A stretch of 62,712 nt of DNA, the filler included. It is 7 parts of 7 records of this genome, joined end to end, with 100 filler letters (N's around TTAATTAATTAA, not from the genome) between each part and the next. Parts side by side here need not be neighbours in the genome. Positions count along the whole stretch, not along the records: positions 1 to 16,935 come from SRR31156797_47229; 6 more parts are not named here. One strand, given 5' to 3'. Shown piece by piece: positions 1 to 8,812 of this stretch. The notes beneath the pieces were generated by a model that made no database searches, was not told the DNA's origin, and saw only the letters and a list, made by a program, of their open reading frames with translations. Positions within the stretch are counted from its first letter, which is position 1; each line of letters begins with the position of its first letter. The position numbers were made by a program, and so were the translations under genes.

Positions 1-162
1 GGGCGAGGAACCGGGCACAACAGGCCGGTGGGGGGTATGGGAAGAGATATCATGACATTTTGAATCCGGGGATGCCCGAAAGACCCCTTAGAATTCCGGT
101 CTTTACAATCTTGATCAACATTGATAGTTGTTGATTCCAGCGGGCAAACACAACCGGAGTTC

Positions 163-963
163 ATGATGGTCAGGAAAATCGTTTCAGGCGGGCAGACCGG
201 TGCTGATCGGGCGGCCCTTGATTTCGCGTTGGAATGGAACATTTCTCACGGTGGCTGGATACCCAAAGGGCGCAGGGCGGAAGACGGGAGACTGCCCGAA
301 AAGTACCGGCTAAAGGAAATGAACAGCACCGACTATGCCCGTCGAACGGAACAAAATGTCATCGATTCGGATGCAACCCTCATATTTTCCCACGGCAAAC
401 TGACCGGCGGATCCCTGTTAACCCGTAACATGGCTCTGAAACATGGACGCCCCCGGCTTCATGTGGACCTCCTGCAAACCAACAGCTTCAGTGCCGCCCG
501 GACCATTCATTCATGGATAAAGGCGCAACACATCGGTGTCTTGAACGTGGCAGGCCCCCGGCAAAGCCAGGATAAACGGATATACCGCGCCACCTTCGAC
601 ATACTGGAGGCCGCATTCCAATTGTCCATGATCAGTTCCCATATGAACCCATCCGTTGAACGGCGTTACCCCTTTCCCCAAAATGTGGATGAAGCCGTCG
701 AGCGCCTGCTGACCCAACTGACCCTTAAAGATAAAAGTAAAATTGCGCGGATGGGCGAAAAAGATCTACAGCCCCTGGACCACACCCTGGGCCGCTACAT
801 TGCGGACAATTTCGGCCTGTGGGAAGACAATGATGCGCTCATCTCATCCTGCGGCTTTATCCTGGGGAAAGGGTTCATCGAAGAAGCGGAAGCGATCTCT
901 CTCATCATCAAGAAACTCTGGGAAAAGCTGCAATTATCCCATGGCTTGAGGATCGTCCATTGA
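163..963 (+). CDS. Putative molybdenum-carrier / circularly permuted YpsA SLOG-family protein with a C-terminal DUF6794-like domain
   Basis: KIVSGGQTGADRAALD, GGWIPKGR, RTEQNVIDSDATL and LNVAGPR motifs; C-terminal PQNVDEAV...YIADNFGLW domain; GGAG RBS before ATG 163. Confidence 0.8.
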   Translation: MMVRKIVSGGQTGADRAALDFALEWNISHGGWIPKGRRAEDGRLPEKYRLKEMNSTDYARRTEQNVIDSDATLIFSHGKLTGGSLLTRNMALKHGRPRLHVDLLQTNSFSAARTIHSWIKAQHIGVLNVAGPRQSQDKRIYRATFDILEAAFQLSMISSHMNPSVERRYPFPQNVDEAVERLLTQLTLKDKSKIARMGEKDLQPLDHTLGRYIADNFGLWEDNDALISSCGFILGKGFIEEAEAISLIIKKLWEKLQLSHGLRIVH

Positions 964-988
964 CCCTTCCCGGAAACCTGGCCTTCAC

Positions 989-2614
989 ATGACCGCAACA
1001 GAAGAAGCCGTAGCGGAACAAAACGTCGGAAAACCAGGCTCCCTTTACAAAAAGGTCGGCATCGCATCCCTCATCATGATGGCCTCGGTCCTTCTGAGCC
1101 GGGTCATCGGCCTGCTTCGGGAAGTGGTCATTGCCTATGTGGGTGGGACCGGGGGTGAAGTGGATGCCTATCAGATGGCCTTCGTGCTGCCGGAAATACT
1201 GAATCATGTGGCGGCCACGGGGTTTCTCTCCATTACCTTCATCCCCATCTTCAACAAGTATCTGGTCAGTCATAGGGAAAGGGAGGGGTGGCGGATTTTC
1301 TCCCTTATCCTCTCCTCCTTTGGAAGTCTCCTGCTCCTTTTCATCGTGGCAGCCTGGTTTTATGCGGATCACCTGGTGGCACTGTTCACACCCGGCATTG
1401 ACGATCCGGCCATCAAGGCACTCACCATCCGAATGACCCGCATTGTCCTGCCGGCCCAGTTTTTTTTCTTTACGGGGGGCCTCTTCATGGCCGTTCAGTT
1501 TTCGAAGGAACATTTTCTCATCCCTGCATTGGCACCCCTCCTCTATAATCTGGGAATCATAACGGGGGGGATCTTTCTGGCACCCTGGATCGGCATTGAG
1601 GGGTTTGCCTGGGGCGTGCTGATGGGTGCTCTGGTTGGCAATTTCGCCATGCAGTGGTGGGGAGCCGCACGTCTCGGCATGCGATTCAAACCCTGTTTTG
1701 AATGGACACATCCGGATTTGAGACACTACACCCTTTTGACCCTTCCCCTTATCCTGGGACTCACCATGACCTTTTCAACGGAGTTTTTTTTCCGTTTCTT
1801 CGGTTCTTATATGCCCCGGGGGGCTATCGCGGCCCTCAACTATGGACTCAGGATCACGTTCATTCTCGTGGGCCTGTTCGGCCAGGCCGTCGGCACCGCC
1901 TCTTATCCCTTCATGTCCCGTCTGGCCACGGAAGGGCGCATGCTCGAAATGAACCGATTGTTGGATCGAACGGTACGTGCCCTATCCATTGTCATCCCTT
2001 TTTCCGTTTTCCTCATGGTCATTCGACATGAAGCCGTCTTCATTCTCTTCCAGAGGGGCCGCTTCGATGCCGCAGCAACAGCATTAACCGCCCATCTTCT
2101 GCCGTTTCTATTGCTGGGGGCGTTTGCCTTCTCGGCCCAGACGGTTGTGGTGCGGGGGTACTATGCGCTGCAGAACACCCTGTTCCCGGCACTTGTGGGA
2201 ACGGCGGCGGTGCTTTTGAGCATCCCGGTTTTCCTGCTGGGCATGCAACGGTTGGGTGCCTCCGGTGTGGCCCTGGGGGTTTCAATTTCCGCCTTTATGC
2301 AGGTGGCCCTGCTTTATATGTGCTGGAACCGGCGCACTCAAAACAGGGAGAGCGGCCGCGTCTACGGGGCGGTTTTCAAGATGCTGGTATTGAGCATCTT
2401 TCTGGGATCAGCCCTTGAAGCCATCAGACAATGCATTTTCACAAACCTTGGTGCCAACACCTTTTCCGGCGCGTTTTTGACGTGTTTCGGGCTGGGGGTC
2501 CTGTTTTTTTGCCTGCTTTATTCGGCTTGCAGGATCATGAAAATAGCGGACATCCTTGAGATTCTTGAAAAACCGATCCGGAAACGCATAAAACGCTTCC
2601 GCCCAAACCGGTAA
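989..2614 (+). CDS. murJ: Lipid II flippase MurJ (MviN)
   Basis: LLSRVIGLLREVVIA, DAYQMAF.LP, LFQRGRFD motifs; about 14 TM segments. Confidence 0.93.
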   Translation: MTATEEAVAEQNVGKPGSLYKKVGIASLIMMASVLLSRVIGLLREVVIAYVGGTGGEVDAYQMAFVLPEILNHVAATGFLSITFIPIFNKYLVSHREREGWRIFSLILSSFGSLLLLFIVAAWFYADHLVALFTPGIDDPAIKALTIRMTRIVLPAQFFFFTGGLFMAVQFSKEHFLIPALAPLLYNLGIITGGIFLAPWIGIEGFAWGVLMGALVGNFAMQWWGAARLGMRFKPCFEWTHPDLRHYTLLTLPLILGLTMTFSTEFFFRFFGSYMPRGAIAALNYGLRITFILVGLFGQAVGTASYPFMSRLATEGRMLEMNRLLDRTVRALSIVIPFSVFLMVIRHEAVFILFQRGRFDAAATALTAHLLPFLLLGAFAFSAQTVVVRGYYALQNTLFPALVGTAAVLLSIPVFLLGMQRLGASGVALGVSISAFMQVALLYMCWNRRTQNRESGRVYGAVFKMLVLSIFLGSALEAIRQCIFTNLGANTFSGAFLTCFGLGVLFFCLLYSACRIMKIADILEILEKPIRKRIKRFRPNR

Positions 2615-2699
2615 ACAACGGGATCTCCCTTGACATTTGGGGGGAATTCGGGCCAGTATTCCGACACCAAATTACGAAGGTCTCAAAAGGAGTCAACAG

Positions 2700-2951
2700 A
2701 TGAAAGATAAACTCGGGAAATACTATTATCCTTTTCCCCAAAATAAAAAAGTCCGCATGTATGTACAGGAAAAAGACGGCATGATCCATTTCAGGCTCTG
2801 GAATTCCGATGATCCCAAGCTGTGGGAGGAACATGACTGGATCCCCTATGAGGCCATACAGCAGGCTGCCGCCATGTATGAACAGAAGAATGATTTCAAC
2901 CCGAACCAGGCGTACAATCCGGATATTGCGATGGCGGTGCTGAAGGAATAA
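2700..2951 (+). CDS. Small conserved hypothetical protein
   Basis: AGGAG RBS before ATG 2700; globular aromatic-rich sequence (GKYYYPFPQNKKVRMYV, FRLWN, WIPYEAI). Confidence 0.7.
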   Translation: MKDKLGKYYYPFPQNKKVRMYVQEKDGMIHFRLWNSDDPKLWEEHDWIPYEAIQQAAAMYEQKNDFNPNQAYNPDIAMAVLKE

Positions 2952-2955
2952 TCCC

Positions 2956-4014
2956 TTACCGCAAATAAATGGGGTTTGAAAAAATCCAGGGACGACGGCC
3001 GAAAAATGGCGCTCGGCGGTAAACTTCCACACGATAGACGCCGGGTCGGTTGATGGCCATGGAAAAGCGCCGACCGGCCCGTCGTGCCACCGGAATACCA
3101 TTTTTTAACAAGCGGATTTCCCCCTTTTGCGGTGTCTCCACAAAAAAAGTGCCCGGCCGAAAGGGGCTTTCTTCCCCCATTTCCAGGGTCGTTCCCTCTT
3201 CTAAAACATAACGAAACCGGAAACCCCTTGAAGATGCCAGCCGGTCATGGGAAAGATGGAGCCGACCTTCTTTCATGGCGCCGTACACCTGTTTTCCCGC
3301 TTCAATCGGATCCCTTGCCAGGGGAGAATCCAGCAACACGTGGATATTGATGGATGAGAGCCCCCCACGGTAGGTCAGGGGGGTAAAGCAAAACGGCCCC
3401 CAGCGAAACAGAGCACCATGGGCATCGGAACCCCCGATGGCCACCACCCGACGGGTTACGCATGCTTTGTCCCAAAACAAAAGGGTTTGCCGGCTGGGAC
3501 CTTTCAGTGTCCAGGTTTTAAAGAGCAGAAAAAACAGGGCATGCACGGGTGTCTTTACCCGTTCTTTCCATCGGGATGAAAAATTCCAGATACAGATCCC
3601 GGTGTACCCGGTCACCGAAAGATCATTCCACGTGTAGGCGATGCTCTTTTCCCTAAAACGCATCCCTTTTTCAAAGGGATGGGCCAGGAAACCGAAACCC
3701 CCTTTCCGGTTCACAACATCAATAACCGATTGGGGCCCCAGACCTTTTCCACGCACCATCTCCCGCAAACCAAAGGCCAGGTAATGGTGAAACCTAGCTC
3801 CCAACTCGAGACCCACCAGGGCCAGTACGCCGTCATAATTCCCTTCATCTTCAAGATGAAGTATTTTTGTCATATAATCGTGATCATTTATAATAATAAA
3901 GTCAAGGTTTACGGCTTTGGCGTCTTGAACAATCCGGGCCACATCTCCCGATCCATCCGAATGGCGGGAATGGATGTGGACGTTGCCGGCATATTCAAAG
4001 TGATATTTACCCAT
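2956..4014 (-). CDS. PHP-domain metallohydrolase (CehA/McbA-like)
   Basis: GNVHIHSRHSDG, INDHD, LAHPF and GGSDAH PHP motifs. Confidence 0.85.
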   Translation of the reverse strand: MGKYHFEYAGNVHIHSRHSDGSGDVARIVQDAKAVNLDFIIINDHDYMTKILHLEDEGNYDGVLALVGLELGARFHHYLAFGLREMVRGKGLGPQSVIDVVNRKGGFGFLAHPFEKGMRFREKSIAYTWNDLSVTGYTGICIWNFSSRWKERVKTPVHALFFLLFKTWTLKGPSRQTLLFWDKACVTRRVVAIGGSDAHGALFRWGPFCFTPLTYRGGLSSINIHVLLDSPLARDPIEAGKQVYGAMKEGRLHLSHDRLASSRGFRFRYVLEEGTTLEMGEESPFRPGTFFVETPQKGEIRLLKNGIPVARRAGRRFSMAINRPGVYRVEVYRRAPFFGRRPWIFSNPIYLR

Positions 4015-4017
4015 TAT

Positions 4018-5724
4018 TTATTTCCGTACACGGGACATTACCAGCGCTTTATGGCCCAGCCCCATGGGTTTCAGCATGGCCGCAGCGGTCAAAACCAACA
4101 CGCCTGCAAAGGATAATACCATGTAGACCTGTTCCAGGATGGATATGGGTCTCCCTTTCATTTCAGACATAAACAGGAGGTACACGGGGCCGGCTTCCAG
4201 AACCACAACAGCGCCGATAAACAGAGCGCTCACCATCATATAGAGAAGGCCTCCGAATCCGGTTGCCACCTGTCCGATATTTTCATGGTCAAATCGGGGA
4301 TACATGGCCCCGAAGCCGATACCGAGAGACACGATACCGGATACCATCAGAATCATGGTGCCGGATGAGAGCAACATCATGAACCGGGTGGCCTCAAGAA
4401 AATCGTTGGTCACCACGATCAACAGGAGTCCCAGAAAAAGCATGGGAACCAGGAAGAAAAAATGTTTCCCCCACAGGTAACGCTTGAGCCTCACGGGAGA
4501 GGAACGCAGAATCCAGAATGCTTCACCTTCTGCACTCACGGCCGTAAAAACAAACCGGACCCCCACGGCCGCCAGGACAAAACCCGCCAGCCCCATGTTC
4601 AGAAAAGCCAGTCCATTTTGAAGAAAGTCCAAAGGTAACGGGCTTTTATCCAACGGAAGCACTTTAAAATTATAAACATACACCACCACCAGGGCAAAAA
4701 GGAGCAGCAACTGGGACCATTGGGTATTATCCCTGAAAAAAATCCGGATATCCTTGGCCATGATCACGGACAGATCCGGCTTAAACGGTTTTGTGACGAC
4801 CCGGATCAACAGATCAAGGAGACGCCCTCCGCCCATGAGCCTCTTTTTGGCCTCCTGGGCCTTGGAAAATCCGTCGAAATAGATAAATGATGCCGTCCAG
4901 ATATTAATGACCACCAGAGAGAGAGCGGTGGACCAGGTAAGGAGTAAATAAAACCCCTCTCCCCCCCTTTCACTTCCCTCTAAACGCCCCCACAGAATCT
5001 CCGTGATCCAATGGGTGGGTAGATAGGGTGAATCCGGTGCTTTGAGTGCCGATACGTAGTGCATGACCGACAGGGCGATCTCCGGATCGACCAGCCTTTC
5101 CGGTCTCAGGAACCGGAATAAAAGATAGAGTCCCACCACCATCAGGATGGACAGTAACAAAATCACGTCCCGTGTTCTATGGGCCGGAAAAACGCGAACC
5201 AGAATCATGGTCAGGAGAATCCCCAGGCCGGATGCAAGGAGACCCAAAGCCACCATCAGGTGCAGGAGGTTCAGGTAGAACCCCACACCGGGCCCATAAA
5301 CATAACCATAGGCCCCCAGAATGGGGACGGCAAAGATCAGTGCCATCCAGGAACTGTTTAAAAAAGTGCTGTAGGCCCGGGCCGCAAAAAGCACCTCCAC
5401 GGACACGGGCACCGAATGACAGAATTCAAGGTCTTTGGACAGGTACAGGGTGGAAAGGGAGGTGATGATATTGCTGAAGATGAGTAGCGAAAAAAACGTC
5501 AGAAACACCATGCTCAAGAGCTCTTTCGCCAGGATATCGCCGATCATCTCGACCGATTGAAAATAGACCAGCACCCGGGAAGAGAGCACAAACAGGACCA
5601 GGCCGAAGACAAGACCCAAGGCTCCCATAAAGCCCGGTTTTTTGAGTCCCGACCCATGGGTCCGACTCAGCCGGTTCCTAAACCCCAGAAAGCCGGGGCG
5701 CAACAGAAGGATCAGATGACCCAT
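4018..5724 (-). CDS. Putative ABC transporter permease (ABC-2-like, multi-TM)
   Basis: Multiple TM helices, SAEGEAFWILRSSP motif, follows an ABC ATPase. Confidence 0.8.
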   Translation of the reverse strand: MGHLILLLRPGFLGFRNRLSRTHGSGLKKPGFMGALGLVFGLVLFVLSSRVLVYFQSVEMIGDILAKELLSMVFLTFFSLLIFSNIITSLSTLYLSKDLEFCHSVPVSVEVLFAARAYSTFLNSSWMALIFAVPILGAYGYVYGPGVGFYLNLLHLMVALGLLASGLGILLTMILVRVFPAHRTRDVILLLSILMVVGLYLLFRFLRPERLVDPEIALSVMHYVSALKAPDSPYLPTHWITEILWGRLEGSERGGEGFYLLLTWSTALSLVVINIWTASFIYFDGFSKAQEAKKRLMGGGRLLDLLIRVVTKPFKPDLSVIMAKDIRIFFRDNTQWSQLLLLFALVVVYVYNFKVLPLDKSPLPLDFLQNGLAFLNMGLAGFVLAAVGVRFVFTAVSAEGEAFWILRSSPVRLKRYLWGKHFFFLVPMLFLGLLLIVVTNDFLEATRFMMLLSSGTMILMVSGIVSLGIGFGAMYPRFDHENIGQVATGFGGLLYMMVSALFIGAVVVLEAGPVYLLFMSEMKGRPISILEQVYMVLSFAGVLVLTAAAMLKPMGLGHKALVMSRVRK

Positions 5725-6457
5725 GCAAATCCTCCTTTTCTTCGGTCAATCTCAAAAAGACCTCTTCCAGATTACCGTCCACACCGGCCTGCTTGGATAG
5801 GCTTTCACCGGTCCCCTGGGCAATGAGTCGGCCGTCCTGAATAATGGCGATTTCTTCACAGATCTCCTGGGCCACATCCAGGGAATGGGTCGACATGAAC
5901 AGGGTGGCGCCGTTTTCAACCAGGGTATTGAAAATATTCTTAACCAGCCTGGCCCCCCTGGGGTCCAGCCCCACCATGGGCTCATCCACAATGAGCACCT
6001 TGGGCCGGTGCACCAGGGCCCCGCACATGACCAGTCGTTGTTTCATCCCGTGGGAATAGCCTTCAATCAATTCCTCCCCCCACCGGCTCAGGCCGAAAAG
6101 CGCCAGCAAATCATTGATGCGTCGGTTCAGCCTGCCGTTATGGGTGATACCGTAAAGTCCCGCCACGAAATGAAGAAATTCCAGTCCGGTGAGCTTTTCA
6201 TAGAGAAACGGCCGATCGGGTATGAATCCCACGCATTGTTTGGCAGCCACGGGATCTTTTGCCAGATCGTGGCCGTTAATGATGATCCGCCCGTCCGTGG
6301 GCATCAGAACACCCGCCATCATCTTGATGGTCGTTGTCTTTCCCGCGCCATTGGGCCCCAGGAACCCGAAACGGGCCCCTTGTTTTATCTCCAGATTGAT
6401 CCCATCAACGGCTCGAAGGGATTTGTACTTTTTGGAAAGATTGATCAATCGAATCAT
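5678..6457 (-). CDS. ABC transporter ATP-binding protein
   Basis: Walker A GPNGAGKT, signature YSHGMKQR, Walker B LIVDEP, H-loop STH. Confidence 0.95.
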   Translation of the reverse strand: MIRLINLSKKYKSLRAVDGINLEIKQGARFGFLGPNGAGKTTTIKMMAGVLMPTDGRIIINGHDLAKDPVAAKQCVGFIPDRPFLYEKLTGLEFLHFVAGLYGITHNGRLNRRINDLLALFGLSRWGEELIEGYSHGMKQRLVMCGALVHRPKVLIVDEPMVGLDPRGARLVKNIFNTLVENGATLFMSTHSLDVAQEICEEIAIIQDGRLIAQGTGESLSKQAGVDGNLEEVFLRLTEEKEDLHGSSDPSVAPRLSGV

Positions 6458-7955
6458 AAGTATAGTCCAGGATGTCCAATTGCAGGTTGCCCATGAGGGT
6501 CATCAGTTCAGCCTGCTTGTCCAGTCCCCCGTGGACCAGCTTGATATGGGTCGCATCGGTGGGCATCTGGTTGAGCGTACCATCCATGGAGATCCAGCGG
6601 CCCAAATACGCTTCGGTCCATGCATGATAGAAAAATCGTTGGTCCGTGTAAACAATCCCCACACACTCCCTGGCGGGGATGCCCGCAGCCCGAAGGAGCG
6701 CCGTCAACAATACCGCATGTTCGTTGCAGTCACCAACCTTTGTCTCCAAAACCGTCAAGGCGTCTGGAACGGTGACAACGGGCCGCTTTTCAACATTTTC
6801 ATACACCCACGCCATCAATTTTCGAGCCGCAACTTGTAAATCCCCATGAGGCCCGGCGATTTCCCGGGTTTTTTCAACGATGGCCTTATTATCGCTCTGG
6901 ATACCGATTCCGGGTAACAGAAAGGGCTTCATATCCTTTGCCGGATCCCCTTTTGATGCCTCCGATGAATCCTTCACATTTTCCTGGAAAATCTCCAGCA
7001 CATCCCCGCTCAGCTTCTGCCGCCCTTCATTGAGCTGTTGACGACTAAAACCGGTACCCCCAAGCCCCGTCACTTTCAGTTTCAGATAGGTGATTTCACG
7101 TGGACGTTTCAGGCTCCGCTTCACCGGAATAGCGGCGGCATCATAAAGATCGGCTCCGGCCGAACCGTCCATATCAAGGGGTGCACGTGTTTTGTCGGAA
7201 CGGACCAGGGTCAAGCCCATAAAGCCCTCTTCCTTCAACAAAACCCCTTTTTCATCCAGCCAGAAAACCAACGTCTGCCCCCATACCGTTGTTTCCAGAC
7301 GGAAAGCGGGATATTCTTTGCCGTTTACGGGGATGACCGTCTTGCCGGTGACCTTGATGAGCATTTCCTTGTGAGAAAGGATGGAGGGATCAAAGAGGGT
7401 GAATCGAAATACATCGCCTATGCTGAGGGCACGCCCCTTGAAAAATCCCGGAAGTCCGGCACCGATGGTCAGGGGTCCGGCGAGAGGGATCAGGTGTTCC
7501 CGCTTCCGGTCGCCTTCACCCATTTCCACGTGCATACGGTTCGATTCCACTTTTCCCGAGACGCGAAAACGGACCACGCCGGAATCGATTATCAGCTGAA
7601 ACCGCTTCAGCGCGAACCCTTTGTCCACAACGGCCCGGGTACTCATACGCATGACGCTCGGCTGCCCCATCAGATTCAGCGCCAACACCATTTTTTCCTC
7701 AATGAGGCGATCTTTGCCGAGAGGGCTGAGCCGGGTCTCGGAAAACCCCACCTTTTTCCCTTTGAGAAAGATCTCCATCCAATCATGGTGAAAAAGTCCG
7801 GAGGAATCGAGTCCAGCCCGAATCGGAATCCCCGCAATCTGATCGCCTTCATGGAAATGCGTTTTGCGAATCAGTAAAGCCACCATCACCAGCCAGAGTG
7901 CAACGACACCTGCACCCAGGAGATAGAACAGCTTTCTCTTTTTGATCAAAGCCAT
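6405..7955 (-). CDS. Membrane-anchored transglutaminase-like domain protein
   Basis: N-terminal TM; Cys-His-Asp triad GDCNEHA / YHAWTE / WISMDGT; start uncertain (7955 or 8042). Confidence 0.85.
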   Translation of the reverse strand: MALIKKRKLFYLLGAGVVALWLVMVALLIRKTHFHEGDQIAGIPIRAGLDSSGLFHHDWMEIFLKGKKVGFSETRLSPLGKDRLIEEKMVLALNLMGQPSVMRMSTRAVVDKGFALKRFQLIIDSGVVRFRVSGKVESNRMHVEMGEGDRKREHLIPLAGPLTIGAGLPGFFKGRALSIGDVFRFTLFDPSILSHKEMLIKVTGKTVIPVNGKEYPAFRLETTVWGQTLVFWLDEKGVLLKEEGFMGLTLVRSDKTRAPLDMDGSAGADLYDAAAIPVKRSLKRPREITYLKLKVTGLGGTGFSRQQLNEGRQKLSGDVLEIFQENVKDSSEASKGDPAKDMKPFLLPGIGIQSDNKAIVEKTREIAGPHGDLQVAARKLMAWVYENVEKRPVVTVPDALTVLETKVGDCNEHAVLLTALLRAAGIPARECVGIVYTDQRFFYHAWTEAYLGRWISMDGTLNQMPTDATHIKLVHGGLDKQAELMTLMGNLQLDILDYTYDSIDQSFQKVQIPSSR

Positions 7956-8053
7956 GGATCGAAATACGGAACGATGCTTGAAGTCGGCATGCACTCCCGC
8001 GTTGGAAGGTGGTAACGAGAAGATGATACGCTCAGGGCTCACTCATAATAACG

Positions 8054-8551
8054 TCACATTTTGTATTTTCCGAAGTCGTCGGGGTCCAGATTTTCCAGGA
8101 TCTCCTGCCACTTTTTCCCTTTTTCAGTCTTATCCTGGGCCTCGGGTTTCAAATCGATCTGGGTTGATCGGGTGATAACGTCTTCCGAGACAAAAATAGG
8201 CGCATCCAACCTGAGTGAAAGGGCGATGGCATCACTGGGTCTGGCGTCAATGGACATTGCCTCGCCGTTGAAATCAAAATTAATGCGTGCGTAGTACGTA
8301 TTGTCCTTAAGATCACAGACCTCAATTTTAGTAACACTGATATGAACCATATCCATCATGTTTTTCAGCAAGTCATGGGTCATGGGCCTGGAAAACTTAA
8401 TGCCTTCCAGTTCGCTGGCAATTGCAGTGGCCTCCAGCAAACCGATCCATATGGGAAGTGTACCATCCCCGTCAATCTCCTTGAGAATGACAATCGGACT
8501 GTTGGTGATGGGATCAACGGTCAAACCGGATATGGCCATAGGTGTATACAT
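8054..8551 (-). CDS. Bifunctional nuclease family protein (DUF151)
   Basis: LPIWIG..EA.AI, RPMTHDLL, IDARPSDAIAL motifs. Confidence 0.92.
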   Translation of the reverse strand: MYTPMAISGLTVDPITNSPIVILKEIDGDGTLPIWIGLLEATAIASELEGIKFSRPMTHDLLKNMMDMVHISVTKIEVCDLKDNTYYARINFDFNGEAMSIDARPSDAIALSLRLDAPIFVSEDVITRSTQIDLKPEAQDKTEKGKKWQEILENLDPDDFGKYKM

Positions 8552-8812
8552 AATTCCCCTCCGAAATTTTCAGCTTGACTAAACTGAATCATCGACTGTT
8601 ATTTTTAACCATACAATTGTTTTTGTCAACAACCGTATGGACAATCTGGAAAACGTTGCATACACCATACTGAAATAAAGATGAACCCCACGCGAACCAT
8701 TTGTTTCTTGCCAGAACCTTTCATGGATTGTAGAATTCATGTTAATCTTTTTCCCAAGACACCTATCCGGGGAACATTGAAACCGTACATAAACCGTTTA
8801 TTAAGGTACCCA

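Noticed and set aside
908-1726. 272-aa minus-strand ORF (also 7038-7877, 43404-44282, 45417-46157)
   Set aside because: Each lies opposite a well-supported gene and has no recognisable features.
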